64,000 nt of DNA, taken from assembly GCA_024720975.1 (NCBI GenBank), contig JANJXX010000001.1, positions 223,408-287,407 of the forward strand, in the 5' to 3' direction. Below, one piece after another: positions 37,586 to 47,058 of the stretch (positions within the stretch are counted from its first letter, which is position 1; the number at the start of each line of letters is the position of its first letter). This stretch comes from Thermoproteota archaeon (lineage in GTDB: Archaea; Asgardarchaeota; Njordarchaeia; Njordarchaeales; Panguiarchaeaceae). The notes under the pieces were generated by a model that worked only from the letters and a program-made list of their open reading frames with translations, ran no database searches and was not told the origin of the DNA. The position numbers and the translations under genes were made by a program.

Positions 37586-38029
37586 CTATTCAAGGAAAAG
37601 GATTTTTCTAATTCGGTGCTCCTCTTCACTTGAAATGCCTTCCAAATCGTCATTTTGATAAACAAGCTTGAATTCATAGTTATATATGAACATCGAAATT
37701 CCATCCGTTAAAACGACGTACCAAGGCCTCAGAATTTGAATATACGGTAATACTAAAAGCTTCTCAAAGCGCCCCCTAACTGTTGGATCTCTAATGTTTA
37801 CCTCTGGATCCATAACCTCAACAACAACGACAGGAAAATTATTATGGACCCAAACAAGATCGGGTTGTAGTTCATTATAATTATCCATAACTATTAGATT
37901 GCTGCGCGGAACACCAGATTTTTCAAAGTACATCTGAAAGAGAGCAACAATAAAATCGTGCTTTCTGTTTTCCGTTTTTACAATTCTCGCGATTTTCCTA
38001 AGGGATAAACTTTCTATCATAACAAACAC
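37586..38029 (-). CDS. PD-(D/E)XK restriction-endonuclease-like protein (HsdR N-terminal-like)
   Basis: PDLV...VVVEV and YVVLTDG...F.Y motifs. Confidence 0.5.
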   Translation of the reverse strand: MFVMIESLSLRKIARIVKTENRKHDFIVALFQMYFEKSGVPRSNLIVMDNYNELQPDLVWVHNNFPVVVVEVMDPEVNIRDPTVRGRFEKLLVLPYIQILRPWYVVLTDGISMFIYNYEFKLVYQNDDLEGISSEEEHRIRKILFLE

Positions 38030-38070
38030 GGGATCTAGTTTGCTTAAGCGATCAGGTCATAGCAGAGTAG

Positions 38071-38179
38071 TGGGCCCGGCGGGATTTGAACCCGCGACAC
38101 AGGGCTTAGGAGGCCCTCGCGCTTTCAGATTCAACAAATTTTATCAACATAGTAATTATCCTGGCTGCGCTACGGGCCC
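38071..38179 (-). tRNA. tRNA-Arg(CCT) with 34-nt D-loop intron (38124-38157)
   Basis: GGGCCCG acceptor, AGGGC-CTCCTAA-GCCCT; CAGG/TCTG helix with 3-nt bulges. Confidence 0.9.
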
Positions 38180-38206
38180 TCGCATTTTTTGGGTCATAAA
38201 AATCCA

Positions 38207-38281
38207 TGGTGGAGGGGGCGGGATTCGAACCCGCGGCCTCAGGCTTGCCATGCCTGCGAGATACCTCTACTCCACCCCTCC
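38207..38281 (-). tRNA. tRNA-Ala(GGC), CCA encoded, A3-U70
   Basis: GGAGGGG/CCCCTCC-ACCA, CAGGC-ATGGCAA-GCCTG, GGTTCGAATCC. Confidence 0.9.
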
Positions 38282-38477
38282 TCCTTTTTGTTTTGATCCC
38301 AGTTGAATTAGACTATATCTACTATTTAGTGATTTAAAAATATTTCATGTCACCCACGACTCCTTTTGCAAACAAATTAAAGCCGCTTTTTAATTCTCCA
38401 TAAGGACCAGAATTTGTTCAATAACTTTGAGTAAATTCTTTCTAAGATTTTGAGAAGGAGTTAATTAAACCGCTGAG

Positions 38478-38551
38478 TGGGCCCGGGCGGATTCGAACCG
38501 CCGACCGTCCGGTTATGAGCCGGACGCTCTACCTGGCTGAGCTACGGGCCC
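38478..38551 (-). tRNA. tRNA-Ile2(CAT) (agmatidine type; elongator Met less likely)
   Basis: CAT anticodon, with acceptor and anticodon stems identical to the Ile(GAT) gene at 40768-40857. Confidence 0.88.
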
Positions 38552-38620
38552 TATTTTCAAGCGCTACCAGACATTATCCATAAGAGTAACATAATTCAAT
38601 ACACTTTTTTTAAAAATTTG

Positions 38621-40513
38621 CTATATCCTGAGGCTTTTGACAATTTCTATACCTTTTTCATTAGCTTCTGCTATTATCAAGTCGTATGATTGCAGATCAA
38701 GAACACTGAAGTATCCTATTGTCGGAACTATACCTATGTCTCTTTGCCATGCAGTCAAACCCTCAAAGCTTCCTGCCGTTAATACAACTGTTCCTCGATG
38801 CCGTGCGTGACTTGATATATGTACGTGACCCATCAGTAGAATGTCAGGTTCCTCCTCTATTACCAAATGATCTTCTTGAGTAGGGGCTTGTGGTATCAAT
38901 CCCCATTGGGGGCATAAGTGTCTCCACCTCAGTAGTTCCGTCGTTACCTCATGTACATTTTCAAGTTTGACTCCAAATAAGCCCGCTATTCGCTCCAGAC
39001 CCTGACCATGGTATAATAATATTTTCACCCCATGTATTTCTACCATCGCGGGATTAGAAAGAATTTGCACTGTTGAGAGGTCATAGAGAGCATCTGCAAA
39101 TTTTTCGCTGATTGGGGGCTGTGGAATAAATCTCGTAGAAGCATCATGATTCCCGGGTATTGCTATTACCAGCTTGTCGTCTGGTATTTTACTTAGGTAC
39201 TCTGCCAGAATTCTATACTGACTCTTTTGGTCAAATATTGCAAGTTCATCCTTTTGTTGAGGATATATCCCAACACCATCTACAAGATCTCCAACAAGGA
39301 TTATGTATTCGATTTCTCCTGCTATTTCATTTAATTCTGGGCTTTTTGTCTCTCCCCTCAGGAATTCTATGAGCCGCTCAAATCGATCCTTCATAAATTG
39401 CTTACTGCCTACGTGTAGATCTGCTGCTACTAGTATTTTCGTTGGTTCAGTCGATTTATTGCGGGTCCTCACTCTAGGTAAGTCGGGAAATATTATATTA
39501 GAGGCAATGACAAACCTTTCTGACTTTACTGATTTTATTTCAACTGCGATAACCGTATCTTCTAGTATTCTATCAAATTTTGCTTTAAGATCCGGATCAG
39601 CGTCGAAAGGTACATATATTTTGAACCTAGAGTATGTGTCATCACCGACGATTAACCCTCCTTTACCATTCTTAGCTATTTCCTTTGAGTCTACCATAAT
39701 CACTACATACGTATCCTGATACTCACCCGGCTTCAGGTCTAAACTTTCTATGATGCGTCCGCCTACATTCTTCTCAAGAATTTTTAGAAGTTTCTCATAT
39801 CGACTGAGGAAATATGCTCTGAAAGCTTCTGGGGAGTCACTTAAATTATACCAAGGAACTGTTTTTACAATTCTAACCGATGCTTTAATTTGATCACGTT
39901 TCTTAGAGAATGCTGCTTTATCAGTCCCGACAGTTTCTACTGCTTTTTCTTGAATTGCCTCAATAGACGCAGCCCTAAGTTTTTCAGTCGAATCTTCCTC
40001 GCGAATATGAGCATTGAAAATTTTATTTAAAGGTTCCTCGTAAGATGCCTCCGGTTGACGCTGCTTTGATGCTAATACATTTTCTTTAACCCGCCCGCGA
40101 GTTTCAACGCTGAATTCCAGTACCTGTTGAGGGGTCTGCTCCATTTGATGTAATATTGATTTGCAGCTGGCTTCTGTTTCTCGCCCATGTTTCTTATTTT
40201 CCCTCTTTGTTGCCTTTTCTAATATTTCGCTAATACCAATCATTGGAGATTTGGTTCGCGTCTTGGGTAGAGCTCGAGATTCATACAACACCGATTTTAT
40301 TGCATCTTGAACGTAGCTCTTATCTATGACTGAAATATTATGTCTTTCTACACGATAGGCCAGTTGTTTCATTATTTCTTCAAAAAGACTCTTGGGAAGA
40401 ATTTCAAACATCACTGAAAGTATGTTTAAAGCGTCTGGTGTTATGTTTGTCTTTAGTTTTTCAAATACTATTTCTAGTATACTCAGAGCGCACTTTGAAA
40501 GCTTGCTTACCAA
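38621..40513 (-). CDS. polB: DNA polymerase D small subunit DP1
   Basis: ADLHVGS, GDLVDGVGIYP.Q, PGNHDA, YHG, RHLCP, GHVH. Confidence 0.95.
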   Translation of the reverse strand: MVSKLSKCALSILEIVFEKLKTNITPDALNILSVMFEILPKSLFEEIMKQLAYRVERHNISVIDKSYVQDAIKSVLYESRALPKTRTKSPMIGISEILEKATKRENKKHGRETEASCKSILHQMEQTPQQVLEFSVETRGRVKENVLASKQRQPEASYEEPLNKIFNAHIREEDSTEKLRAASIEAIQEKAVETVGTDKAAFSKKRDQIKASVRIVKTVPWYNLSDSPEAFRAYFLSRYEKLLKILEKNVGGRIIESLDLKPGEYQDTYVVIMVDSKEIAKNGKGGLIVGDDTYSRFKIYVPFDADPDLKAKFDRILEDTVIAVEIKSVKSERFVIASNIIFPDLPRVRTRNKSTEPTKILVAADLHVGSKQFMKDRFERLIEFLRGETKSPELNEIAGEIEYIILVGDLVDGVGIYPQQKDELAIFDQKSQYRILAEYLSKIPDDKLVIAIPGNHDASTRFIPQPPISEKFADALYDLSTVQILSNPAMVEIHGVKILLYHGQGLERIAGLFGVKLENVHEVTTELLRWRHLCPQWGLIPQAPTQEDHLVIEEEPDILLMGHVHISSHARHRGTVVLTAGSFEGLTAWQRDIGIVPTIGYFSVLDLQSYDLIIAEANEKGIEIVKSLRI

Positions 40514-40668
40514 AATTTTCCCTCGGTCTTATTTCTTTGTCTATTCGTCTTATTAGGAAAATATGCGTCTTAATACAATCCTTCATCTTAGCCCATTTCA
40601 ACTCTAAATTGTTATTACCAAACAAGAGGATCCTCATCTGAGATTTTCTGATCGGTTGCGATATAAGA

Positions 40669-40741
40669 AGCCCGGGGCGGGATTTGAACCCGCGACCTCG
40701 GGATTACAAATCCCGCGCTCTAACCGCTGAGCTACCCGGGC
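40669..40741 (-). tRNA. tRNA-Thr(TGT)
   Basis: GCCCGGG acceptor, CGGGA-TTTGTAA-TCCCG, U73. Confidence 0.95.
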
Positions 40742-40767
40742 AATGGTCTTTCTTAAGAGAATTTTAG

Positions 40768-40857
40768 TGGGCCCGGCCGGACTCGAACCGGCATAAGGTT
40801 AACCCTGTTGTCCTTCCGGTTATCAGCCGGACGCGCTAGCCACTACGCTACGGGCCC
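40768..40857 (-). tRNA. tRNA-Ile(GAT) with 17-nt intron at 48/49 (40793-40809)
   Basis: TCCGG-CTGATAA-CCGGA; AAGG/CCTT helix with 3-nt bulges before the T-stem. Confidence 0.9.
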
Positions 40858-40932
40858 CTACATGTTGATACTCTCCAAAAATAACAGTATACTAGTACTT
40901 CAATTTTAAAAATGAGGGACGATGCAAGTAAC

Positions 40933-41412
40933 TTAAACTCTCCTACCTCGCCGTCCTCCAGGTCTTCTAATAGAATCATGAGGAATTGGCGTTACGTCAT
41001 CTATGGAAATTATTTGCAGCCCCGCTCTTGCAATTGATTTTATCGCTGCTGCAGCAGATGCTGAATTTATGTTTGGAGAGCGATTACCTCCTCTTCCTCG
41101 AAGTTTTATCATAACTTTTGATATTCCAAGCTCTCTTGCTCTCTGGGCCGCGTGACGTCCGACCATTAGTGCTACCCAAGGTGTCGGCTCATCCCTCGCA
41201 GTTTCTGCGAATAGACCACCAGAGGCACGTGCTATTGATATTGCACCCGTTGCATCTGTTATCGTCAGCAATGTGTTGTTTTTATGGCAGAATAAGTATG
41301 CTATCCCAATTTTTAGTGGATCCGCTGGGAGAGCTGCTACCTCAGCCTTCGCTTCCGCTTCTTCGGGAGTCTTTTTTACCTCTTCTTCGCTTTCTTCGGC
41401 ATTCTCAGACAT
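40933..41412 (-). CDS. rps11: 30S ribosomal protein uS11
   Basis: NNT..TITD.TG, DVTPIPHD..R..GGRRGRRV. Confidence 0.97.
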   Translation of the reverse strand: MSENAEESEEEVKKTPEEAEAKAEVAALPADPLKIGIAYLFCHKNNTLLTITDATGAISIARASGGLFAETARDEPTPWVALMVGRHAAQRARELGISKVMIKLRGRGGNRSPNINSASAAAAIKSIARAGLQIISIDDVTPIPHDSIRRPGGRRGRRV

Positions 41413-41494
41413 GTAATCCTCACACTAGCAGTAGTTTTGACTTATACAATATTGTATGTTTAGCCGTTATAAATACTAGCCTTTGGAGGATTAG

Positions 41495-41917
41495 CTATCT
41501 GTAGCTTGTTTGGAATCTGGCACGCGCCCCCGGACCGCCAAATTTTTTCATTTCTTTCTGTCTGGTATCCTCAACTAGCAAGTATCTGTCGTACCATCTG
41601 AAAAGTTTTTCTAGACGTGGATCCTGGAAGTATTTAACAACAGCTCTAGCAATAGCACACCTGGCAGCATATAACTGCGAGACTAAACCCCCTCCTCTTA
41701 CTTTCACTCTCACATCTATCTGCTGGGCTAATTTTCCTATCAATAGCAAGGGTTCAAGCACTAATAGGCGCAGGTATTTATTTTCTATGAATGTAACTCG
41801 CTTTCCATTAATTCTCACGACTCCCGTTCCGGGTGTTATTATACAGCGGGCTCTTGCTGTTTTTCTTGTAGCACTTGCCAAGATTGCACTAACTGTTGTT
41901 GTACTCATTGCATCCAC
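41495..41917 (-). CDS. rps9: 30S ribosomal protein uS9
   Basis: RKTA.AR, V.GGG..SQ, KKFGGPGARARFQ.SYR. Confidence 0.97.
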   Translation of the reverse strand: MDAMSTTTVSAILASATRKTARARCIITPGTGVVRINGKRVTFIENKYLRLLVLEPLLLIGKLAQQIDVRVKVRGGGLVSQLYAARCAIARAVVKYFQDPRLEKLFRWYDRYLLVEDTRQKEMKKFGGPGARARFQTSYR

Positions 41918-41918
41918 C

Positions 41919-42968
41919 TTACCTTCGGCTTAAACGCAATATTCGTGATGGGATACCCATTACTGCTATGTCAATGACTTTTTCTGCCTTATTAAAGACA
42001 AAATCTACATCGATATCCGCTCTTACTATTAAGACTGCTTCCTCCCAAGTATCGTTATTAGTTAGTAGACAGTTCACTCTGTTCAGGACCTCTCTTTGTT
42101 TTTCTTTTCCAGGAAACAGGAGCGTTAAATTAGAAAGCAGTGCACTTACTGAAACCGATCGCAGGCTTTCAATTGATTGCATGCGTATTTCTCTATATTT
42201 TATTTTCGTTGTTTTGCATTCGTCTGAAAAACAGAAGACCTCTACCATTTGTTTTCTCCAGCTTTTAGCCACTAGATCAAGAATCTTTTGATAATCAACA
42301 TTCAGTAAGTTGACGATTGCTGATTCTAAGATCCGCTCTTTTTGCGGTTCTTGATTAAAGAATTCAAATGCTGATTCACAAATTCCAGCATGGAAGATTT
42401 CACCAATCCCTGTTACTTTGTTACAGCATAGAGTCGCAAGCCTATTTACAGCCTCTGTGACTGTGTTCATTTCATTCTTGAAAAGTTTAATTGCTGGAAC
42501 GAACTTATTCCGAACGATAAAAGCTGCAATTTCTAGCTCTGGGGATTTTAAATCGACAGCTGGCCGCTTTTGAGTATCCTCTAAAAATCTATCTATGACT
42601 CCTTGACCAACTAATCGCCCAACGACTTTTTTGTCGATATCCGTAGTTTTAGGAACAACAGCGAAGGATTTTTCAAAGCTGAATATATCCGGCCATGGAA
42701 TGCTTTTAGACAGTTGGTATAAGTCCTCAATACTTTCGCATTCTTCAACCTTTGGTGCGAAATATAAGTTAATCACTGCTCGAGAGAACAAGGAAAGCAG
42801 TGTCGCATCTTCACTGATATCATCACTTTTAACGAGGAGTAGATTGGGCGTCAAATCGAAAACTTCTCTCTGACCTAATATCCTGCGGATTTCTCTTTCG
42901 ACGAGTTTGCTTGTACCTGGAATTATCTCTAGGCACAGAAACATAGAGACATCACAGATTAATCTCAT
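41919..42968 (-). CDS. THUMP-domain protein with degenerate methyltransferase region (Trm14-like)
   Basis: IPW..IF...KSFAV, VG..V.D......RP.VDLKSP; no DPMCGSGT or NPPYG. Confidence 0.65.
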   Translation of the reverse strand: MRLICDVSMFLCLEIIPGTSKLVEREIRRILGQREVFDLTPNLLLVKSDDISEDATLLSLFSRAVINLYFAPKVEECESIEDLYQLSKSIPWPDIFSFEKSFAVVPKTTDIDKKVVGRLVGQGVIDRFLEDTQKRPAVDLKSPELEIAAFIVRNKFVPAIKLFKNEMNTVTEAVNRLATLCCNKVTGIGEIFHAGICESAFEFFNQEPQKERILESAIVNLLNVDYQKILDLVAKSWRKQMVEVFCFSDECKTTKIKYREIRMQSIESLRSVSVSALLSNLTLLFPGKEKQREVLNRVNCLLTNNDTWEEAVLIVRADIDVDFVFNKAEKVIDIAVMGIPSRILRLSRR

Positions 42969-43030
42969 GTTAACAAGAAAGAAAAGAATAAGAATTATAG
43001 TAATTTGGAAAGTAGTCTTGACTTGGTGCT

Positions 43031-44200
43031 ATGATTGATATTTTGGGTGATATTCAAGTGCTAGAAGCATTTGAAGATGCCTTTATAACGTTCACTGACG
43101 CCGGAGAACGCATGCTAAAATATGCTTTAGATCAAGCTGAAATTCTCCTCAAGATTAGAAGCTTGCTATTAGAAGCCCGACAAAATAATAGAAGAGTTCA
43201 CACGGTAGGAATGGGTAGATCTGGACTCTGTGGTAAATTCCTCGCTGAATTACTAAAACTCAGACGTGTAAAATCTTCTGTTATTGGCACCACGTTAGCA
43301 AAGCCGGTCAATAATGGCGATGTTGTTTTTGCAATCTCTGGAAGCGGATGGACTAAGACCACGACCCTCTATACTGAGTTATGCCTAGAGAGAGGAGCTA
43401 CTGTTATCGCATTCACTGCAACTAAAGGATCGAAACTGGACAGACTATCTGACTATTCGTTGTACCTGCTTGGAAAACCTCTACCGACGTCTACAGACTA
43501 CATTGCAAGAAAAATCTCTGGAGATTACAGATCACCACTTGCGCCCATGGGATCTATATCCGAGTTTTCCACACTTCTTGTTTCCGCCGGGATAGCTAAT
43601 ATGATTGACTCTGAGGAACCTATAGAAGAATTTAAAAGGACATTGACAACGATAATCAATGTAGCAAAAAGCTCGTTAAGCAAACTACTGATTCATAGAG
43701 ATAACCTAAATAGACTAATAGCTTATTACGAAGTTGCTAAGAAAAAAAACCATTCATGCTTCTTTGGCGGTATGGGTCTTTTAAGTTACATCAGTGATAT
43801 CATATCCATAAGATTCCAACACCTTGGAATAGACGTTAGCGATATCTCGGATTGGATCCTACGAAAGAAAGAAGACGTTCTAACGATTCTTTCTGGATCC
43901 GGAGAAGCATCCATACTTAAAATCTTAGCAGAAGAAGGAAAACGGAGCGGAATGAAAATATTAAGCATCGTTGGAAATGATGAAAGCACTATAGCTAAGT
44001 TATCTGACGCGTTCTTGTTGTTAGAGGATATCGAGGAGCGCAAGAAATACTTTGAACTTGGACGCGAGGAACTTGGACGTTTCATACCCGCTTTTGAAAT
44101 TTCATGCTTCATACTGTACGAAAGCATTATCGCCGAACTAGCAAATAGATTCGGTATCACAGAAGAAGCTATGAAAGAAATGCACGCAAACATTGAATAG
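43031..44200 (+). CDS. tandem SIS-domain protein, 6-phospho-3-hexuloisomerase-like
   Basis: GMGRSG, SGSG.T, APMGS..E in first half; GMG, SGSG, S.IAKLSD, FE repeated; ends HANIE. Confidence 0.8.
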   Translation: MIDILGDIQVLEAFEDAFITFTDAGERMLKYALDQAEILLKIRSLLLEARQNNRRVHTVGMGRSGLCGKFLAELLKLRRVKSSVIGTTLAKPVNNGDVVFAISGSGWTKTTTLYTELCLERGATVIAFTATKGSKLDRLSDYSLYLLGKPLPTSTDYIARKISGDYRSPLAPMGSISEFSTLLVSAGIANMIDSEEPIEEFKRTLTTIINVAKSSLSKLLIHRDNLNRLIAYYEVAKKKNHSCFFGGMGLLSYISDIISIRFQHLGIDVSDISDWILRKKEDVLTILSGSGEASILKILAEEGKRSGMKILSIVGNDESTIAKLSDAFLLLEDIEERKKYFELGREELGRFIPAFEISCFILYESIIAELANRFGITEEAMKEMHANIE

Positions 44201-44242
44201 GTGAATATGAGGTAATAGAACCATACTTTCTAGGAGAATAAA

Positions 44243-44896
44243 TTATAAGAGGCGATACAATTTTCTTAGTGCGTCGTACGTCGCGTACACAAAGCTAATT
44301 GCTGTTCTAGTCCTACCAAAGCTTTTAGTCCAACAATCTTGCACTCCAGCAAGCTCGAGAACACGCTTCGCGGCTTCTCCAGCAACAAGACCTGTTCCTC
44401 TAGGTGCTGGCAGTAAATGAATCCTTACGCTTCCACACTCACCAACGATTTTAAATGGAACTGAATGTGGCATATTACAGCGACATTCCCAACTACCACA
44501 ACCCCTCATTATTGGTATTAGGTTCTTTTTCGCATTAGTTATTGCCTCTTGTATTGAAAAGCGCATTTCTGGGTTTCCGCCTTTTCCAACACCAACTAAC
44601 CCATCTTTATTACCAATAACTGCAACAGTCCTAAAGCTAAATCTTCTTCCGCTGTCGGTCATTCGTGCTGTTACAATAACGTTCAAAATGTAGCCATAAA
44701 TTTTATCTCCAACGAACCAATCTACTATTTCAGGCTCTGGTATGCTGCTAGTGTAGTAAAGTAATTCCTGTATAGTCCCAATTTTACCCTCTTTTACAAG
44801 CTTGCCAATTGTTGTTCGCGGCTTCCAAAATTCTTCTAATTCTTCCCGGGGCCTTACTATAGATTCTGGAGGTACTTCCCTAACTTTTATAACCAT
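44243..44896 (-). CDS. rps5: 30S ribosomal protein uS5
   Basis: WKPRT..G.LV, MTDSGRR, GCGSWEC.C..PHS, PAPRGTG. Confidence 0.98.
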   Translation of the reverse strand: MVIKVREVPPESIVRPREELEEFWKPRTTIGKLVKEGKIGTIQELLYYTSSIPEPEIVDWFVGDKIYGYILNVIVTARMTDSGRRFSFRTVAVIGNKDGLVGVGKGGNPEMRFSIQEAITNAKKNLIPIMRGCGSWECRCNMPHSVPFKIVGECGSVRIHLLPAPRGTGLVAGEAAKRVLELAGVQDCWTKSFGRTRTAISFVYATYDALRKLYRLL

Positions 44897-44899
44897 CCT

Positions 44900-45529
44900 T
44901 CATTCACCTACTCTTTTGATCCAGTCGGGTAGGCTGGTATTGTATTCCTTCGCTATTTTACTCAATACTTCAATGAAATTATTAGTTATTTCTTCTGGCC
45001 TAATACCATTAGCTAGATAAAAACTAAACTGTCTGTCATAACGTTTAGGGTCTTTTTCCTTAAGTCTCCTAGAAAATTCAGCTATATGCTTTCCAACTAT
45101 ACGCTCAGCTGATGGAAGTATGTCTGGGTCATATGGAATCTGCACTCCAGAGTCTATGAGTCCCTTGAGAGCAGCATAAAGCCTATTACCTCTAGTAGAT
45201 CTTTGAGGACCTATATCTAGTATCGCTTCGTTGATATTAGCTTTTCTAGCTTTCAGACCCGCTAAGAATCCTGTTAGATATGCTGCAGGCACATTACCAC
45301 AGCTGTATTTCCAACCGTACCTTCTTAATTCAGACGAGTGTGTATAAGATAGAGTTCTATCACCTAGTATCGCTCCCTCAGCGAATTGAACGATGACATT
45401 TCTGAGACTTTTTCTTACTACTGCTCTAATTTTCCTGGAGAGCAACATTTTATATCGGGCGCGATAGTCAGTTTTGCCTTCTCTTCTTCGCCGCCATGGA
45501 ACTTTGTACGCTTTTCCGAACTTCTTCAT
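44900..45529 (-). CDS. rpl18: 50S ribosomal protein uL18
   Basis: RRRREGKTDY..R, N.PAAYLTG, G.HIAE. Confidence 0.97.
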   Translation of the reverse strand: MKKFGKAYKVPWRRRREGKTDYRARYKMLLSRKIRAVVRKSLRNVIVQFAEGAILGDRTLSYTHSSELRRYGWKYSCGNVPAAYLTGFLAGLKARKANINEAILDIGPQRSTRGNRLYAALKGLIDSGVQIPYDPDILPSAERIVGKHIAEFSRRLKEKDPKRYDRQFSFYLANGIRPEEITNNFIEVLSKIAKEYNTSLPDWIKRVGE

Positions 45530-46050
45530 TTCTCACCACCATACTTTATGAGAATTTCCTCCTTCCAATTTTCTGGTATTGGTTTGGTGTTGAGCTTACG
45601 TTCTAATATGTAGCTAATGACATGACCTTTACTCTTAAATGTTCCAGCTTTCGCAAGTCTGCGAAGATAATTGTATGTTTTTGGAGTTATTATTCCGGCG
45701 AGTTTCAATGCTCTTAGCGTGCGCCTAATTGCTCTTATTTTGGTAACCCAAATGTACGACCCGCCTGCGCGGACATAGTAGGAACCCTTTCTTTTTCCAG
45801 GGCCTCTTCTACGCCCTTTTCTTCGTTTTTCTGCCAACTTGTTGGCTCTAATATGACTAGTTCCTTCAATTGGACGCTTCCAGATTTTTCTCTCTTTTAT
45901 TAACTTTCTTATCTCCTCGCTTGTAACCGCAGAAGAAACAATGTCAGTGGCATCAGGATCTATCCAAACTCTATTAATTCCACATTTTAGAATTCTAGCC
46001 GCTACTCGTCTTTGTAGGATAAGCTTTCTTGTCATAGAAATCCCCAACAA
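45526..46050 (-). CDS. rpl19e: 50S ribosomal protein eL19
   Basis: QRR.AA.ILKCG..RVWIDP, KGRRRGPG.RKG. Confidence 0.97.
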   Translation of the reverse strand: MLGISMTRKLILQRRVAARILKCGINRVWIDPDATDIVSSAVTSEEIRKLIKERKIWKRPIEGTSHIRANKLAEKRRKGRRRGPGKRKGSYYVRAGGSYIWVTKIRAIRRTLRALKLAGIITPKTYNYLRRLAKAGTFKSKGHVISYILERKLNTKPIPENWKEEILIKYGGEK

Positions 46051-46073
46051 GCTTTTTATCTATTCCCTTCCAA

Positions 46074-46610
46074 CTAGGAGCCTCCAGATTCACTAGTAGT
46101 TTTTCTCTCGGACTCGGTTTTGGGTCTTTCTTCAGCTTCTATTTCCTCAACAAGTTTTTCGAGTTTTTCTTCTAATGGTTGGGGAGGAGTCTCAAGACGC
46201 ATCTCGGGCGGTTTTCTTGGATTAAGAATGTGAATACCAAAATTTTTAGCAAATTGAATGATTTGCAATCGTTTTCTCTGGCCCACACTGGATGCTATTC
46301 TCGCTGCTTCCGTAGCTGGATCTATTATAAATAAGTCCTCCACTCGACGTACTAGAACTTCTCTTCTACCTGATGGGTGAAGGTATCTAACGAGTTTAGG
46401 AGCGCGGTATCCAACTTTCACCTTAGGTGGGTAGCCTTTGTATTGTAGTCTAACTTTATTATCCCGTCCTTTAGGATACCTCCAGGAATCATCCAGTTTC
46501 GTCCAACGCCAAGATAAGTACCGTCGGAATTCTTTGCGATTTCTTTTCCTTACCTTAAGCAATCTACGTATTTCTCGTACTTGAGTTTCGTTCAACTCTT
46601 TCAATGCCAT
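46074..46610 (-). CDS. rpl32e: 50S ribosomal protein eL32
   Basis: SWR.PKG.DNK.R, GY..P..VR.LHPSG. Confidence 0.96.
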   Translation of the reverse strand: MALKELNETQVREIRRLLKVRKRNRKEFRRYLSWRWTKLDDSWRYPKGRDNKVRLQYKGYPPKVKVGYRAPKLVRYLHPSGRREVLVRRVEDLFIIDPATEAARIASSVGQRKRLQIIQFAKNFGIHILNPRKPPEMRLETPPQPLEEKLEKLVEEIEAEERPKTESERKTTSESGGS

Positions 46611-46703
46611 TAGCTACACCACCAGGATCAAGTAACCTTAGATGAACCTTAGACAATTTATAACGAAACAATAAATTAGGATATTAGATATTTTATCCTT
46701 ATC

Positions 46704-47046
46704 TTGGGGGGAGCTTAGGCCTAGCGGGTTTCCATTTCATGGTGGAAAGTCCCCCGCCCCAAATTCAGGCAGGGCGGCGCAAGCCGCGGAGGAGAAATCC
46801 TCCGTAAGGGCAACAGAAACGACACGTCCTCCTGCAGATGCCAATGCGGCAGCGAAGGGCATGGCAACATGCCCGAGTTAACCTGCCGAGAATGCAGGAG
46901 GGAACGATGAAACGAGGCCCTCCCTGAGGGGCTAAGGAATGAACCGTCGGCTGTGAAGCCTGAGCCGACGCGGACCGCTTAGTCTGATCCCGCTAGGGTA
47001 TCAAACCCGAAACAAAAGGGGGCTTATGGGCCTAGGCTCCTCCCAA
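46704..47046 (+). ncRNA. rnpB: RNase P RNA (archaeal, type A-like)
   Basis: GGAAAGTCCCCC pairs with ACAAAAGGGGGCTTA (P4); GCAACAGAAAC and GATGAAAC conserved regions; P1 terminal helix; GGC-GCAA-GCC (P8) and GAAA-capped P9. Confidence 0.93.
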
Positions 47047-47058
47047 CATCTGAGTACT

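Noticed and set aside
38040-38306. 88-aa ORF on the plus strand
   Set aside because: It is the antisense translation of two tRNA genes
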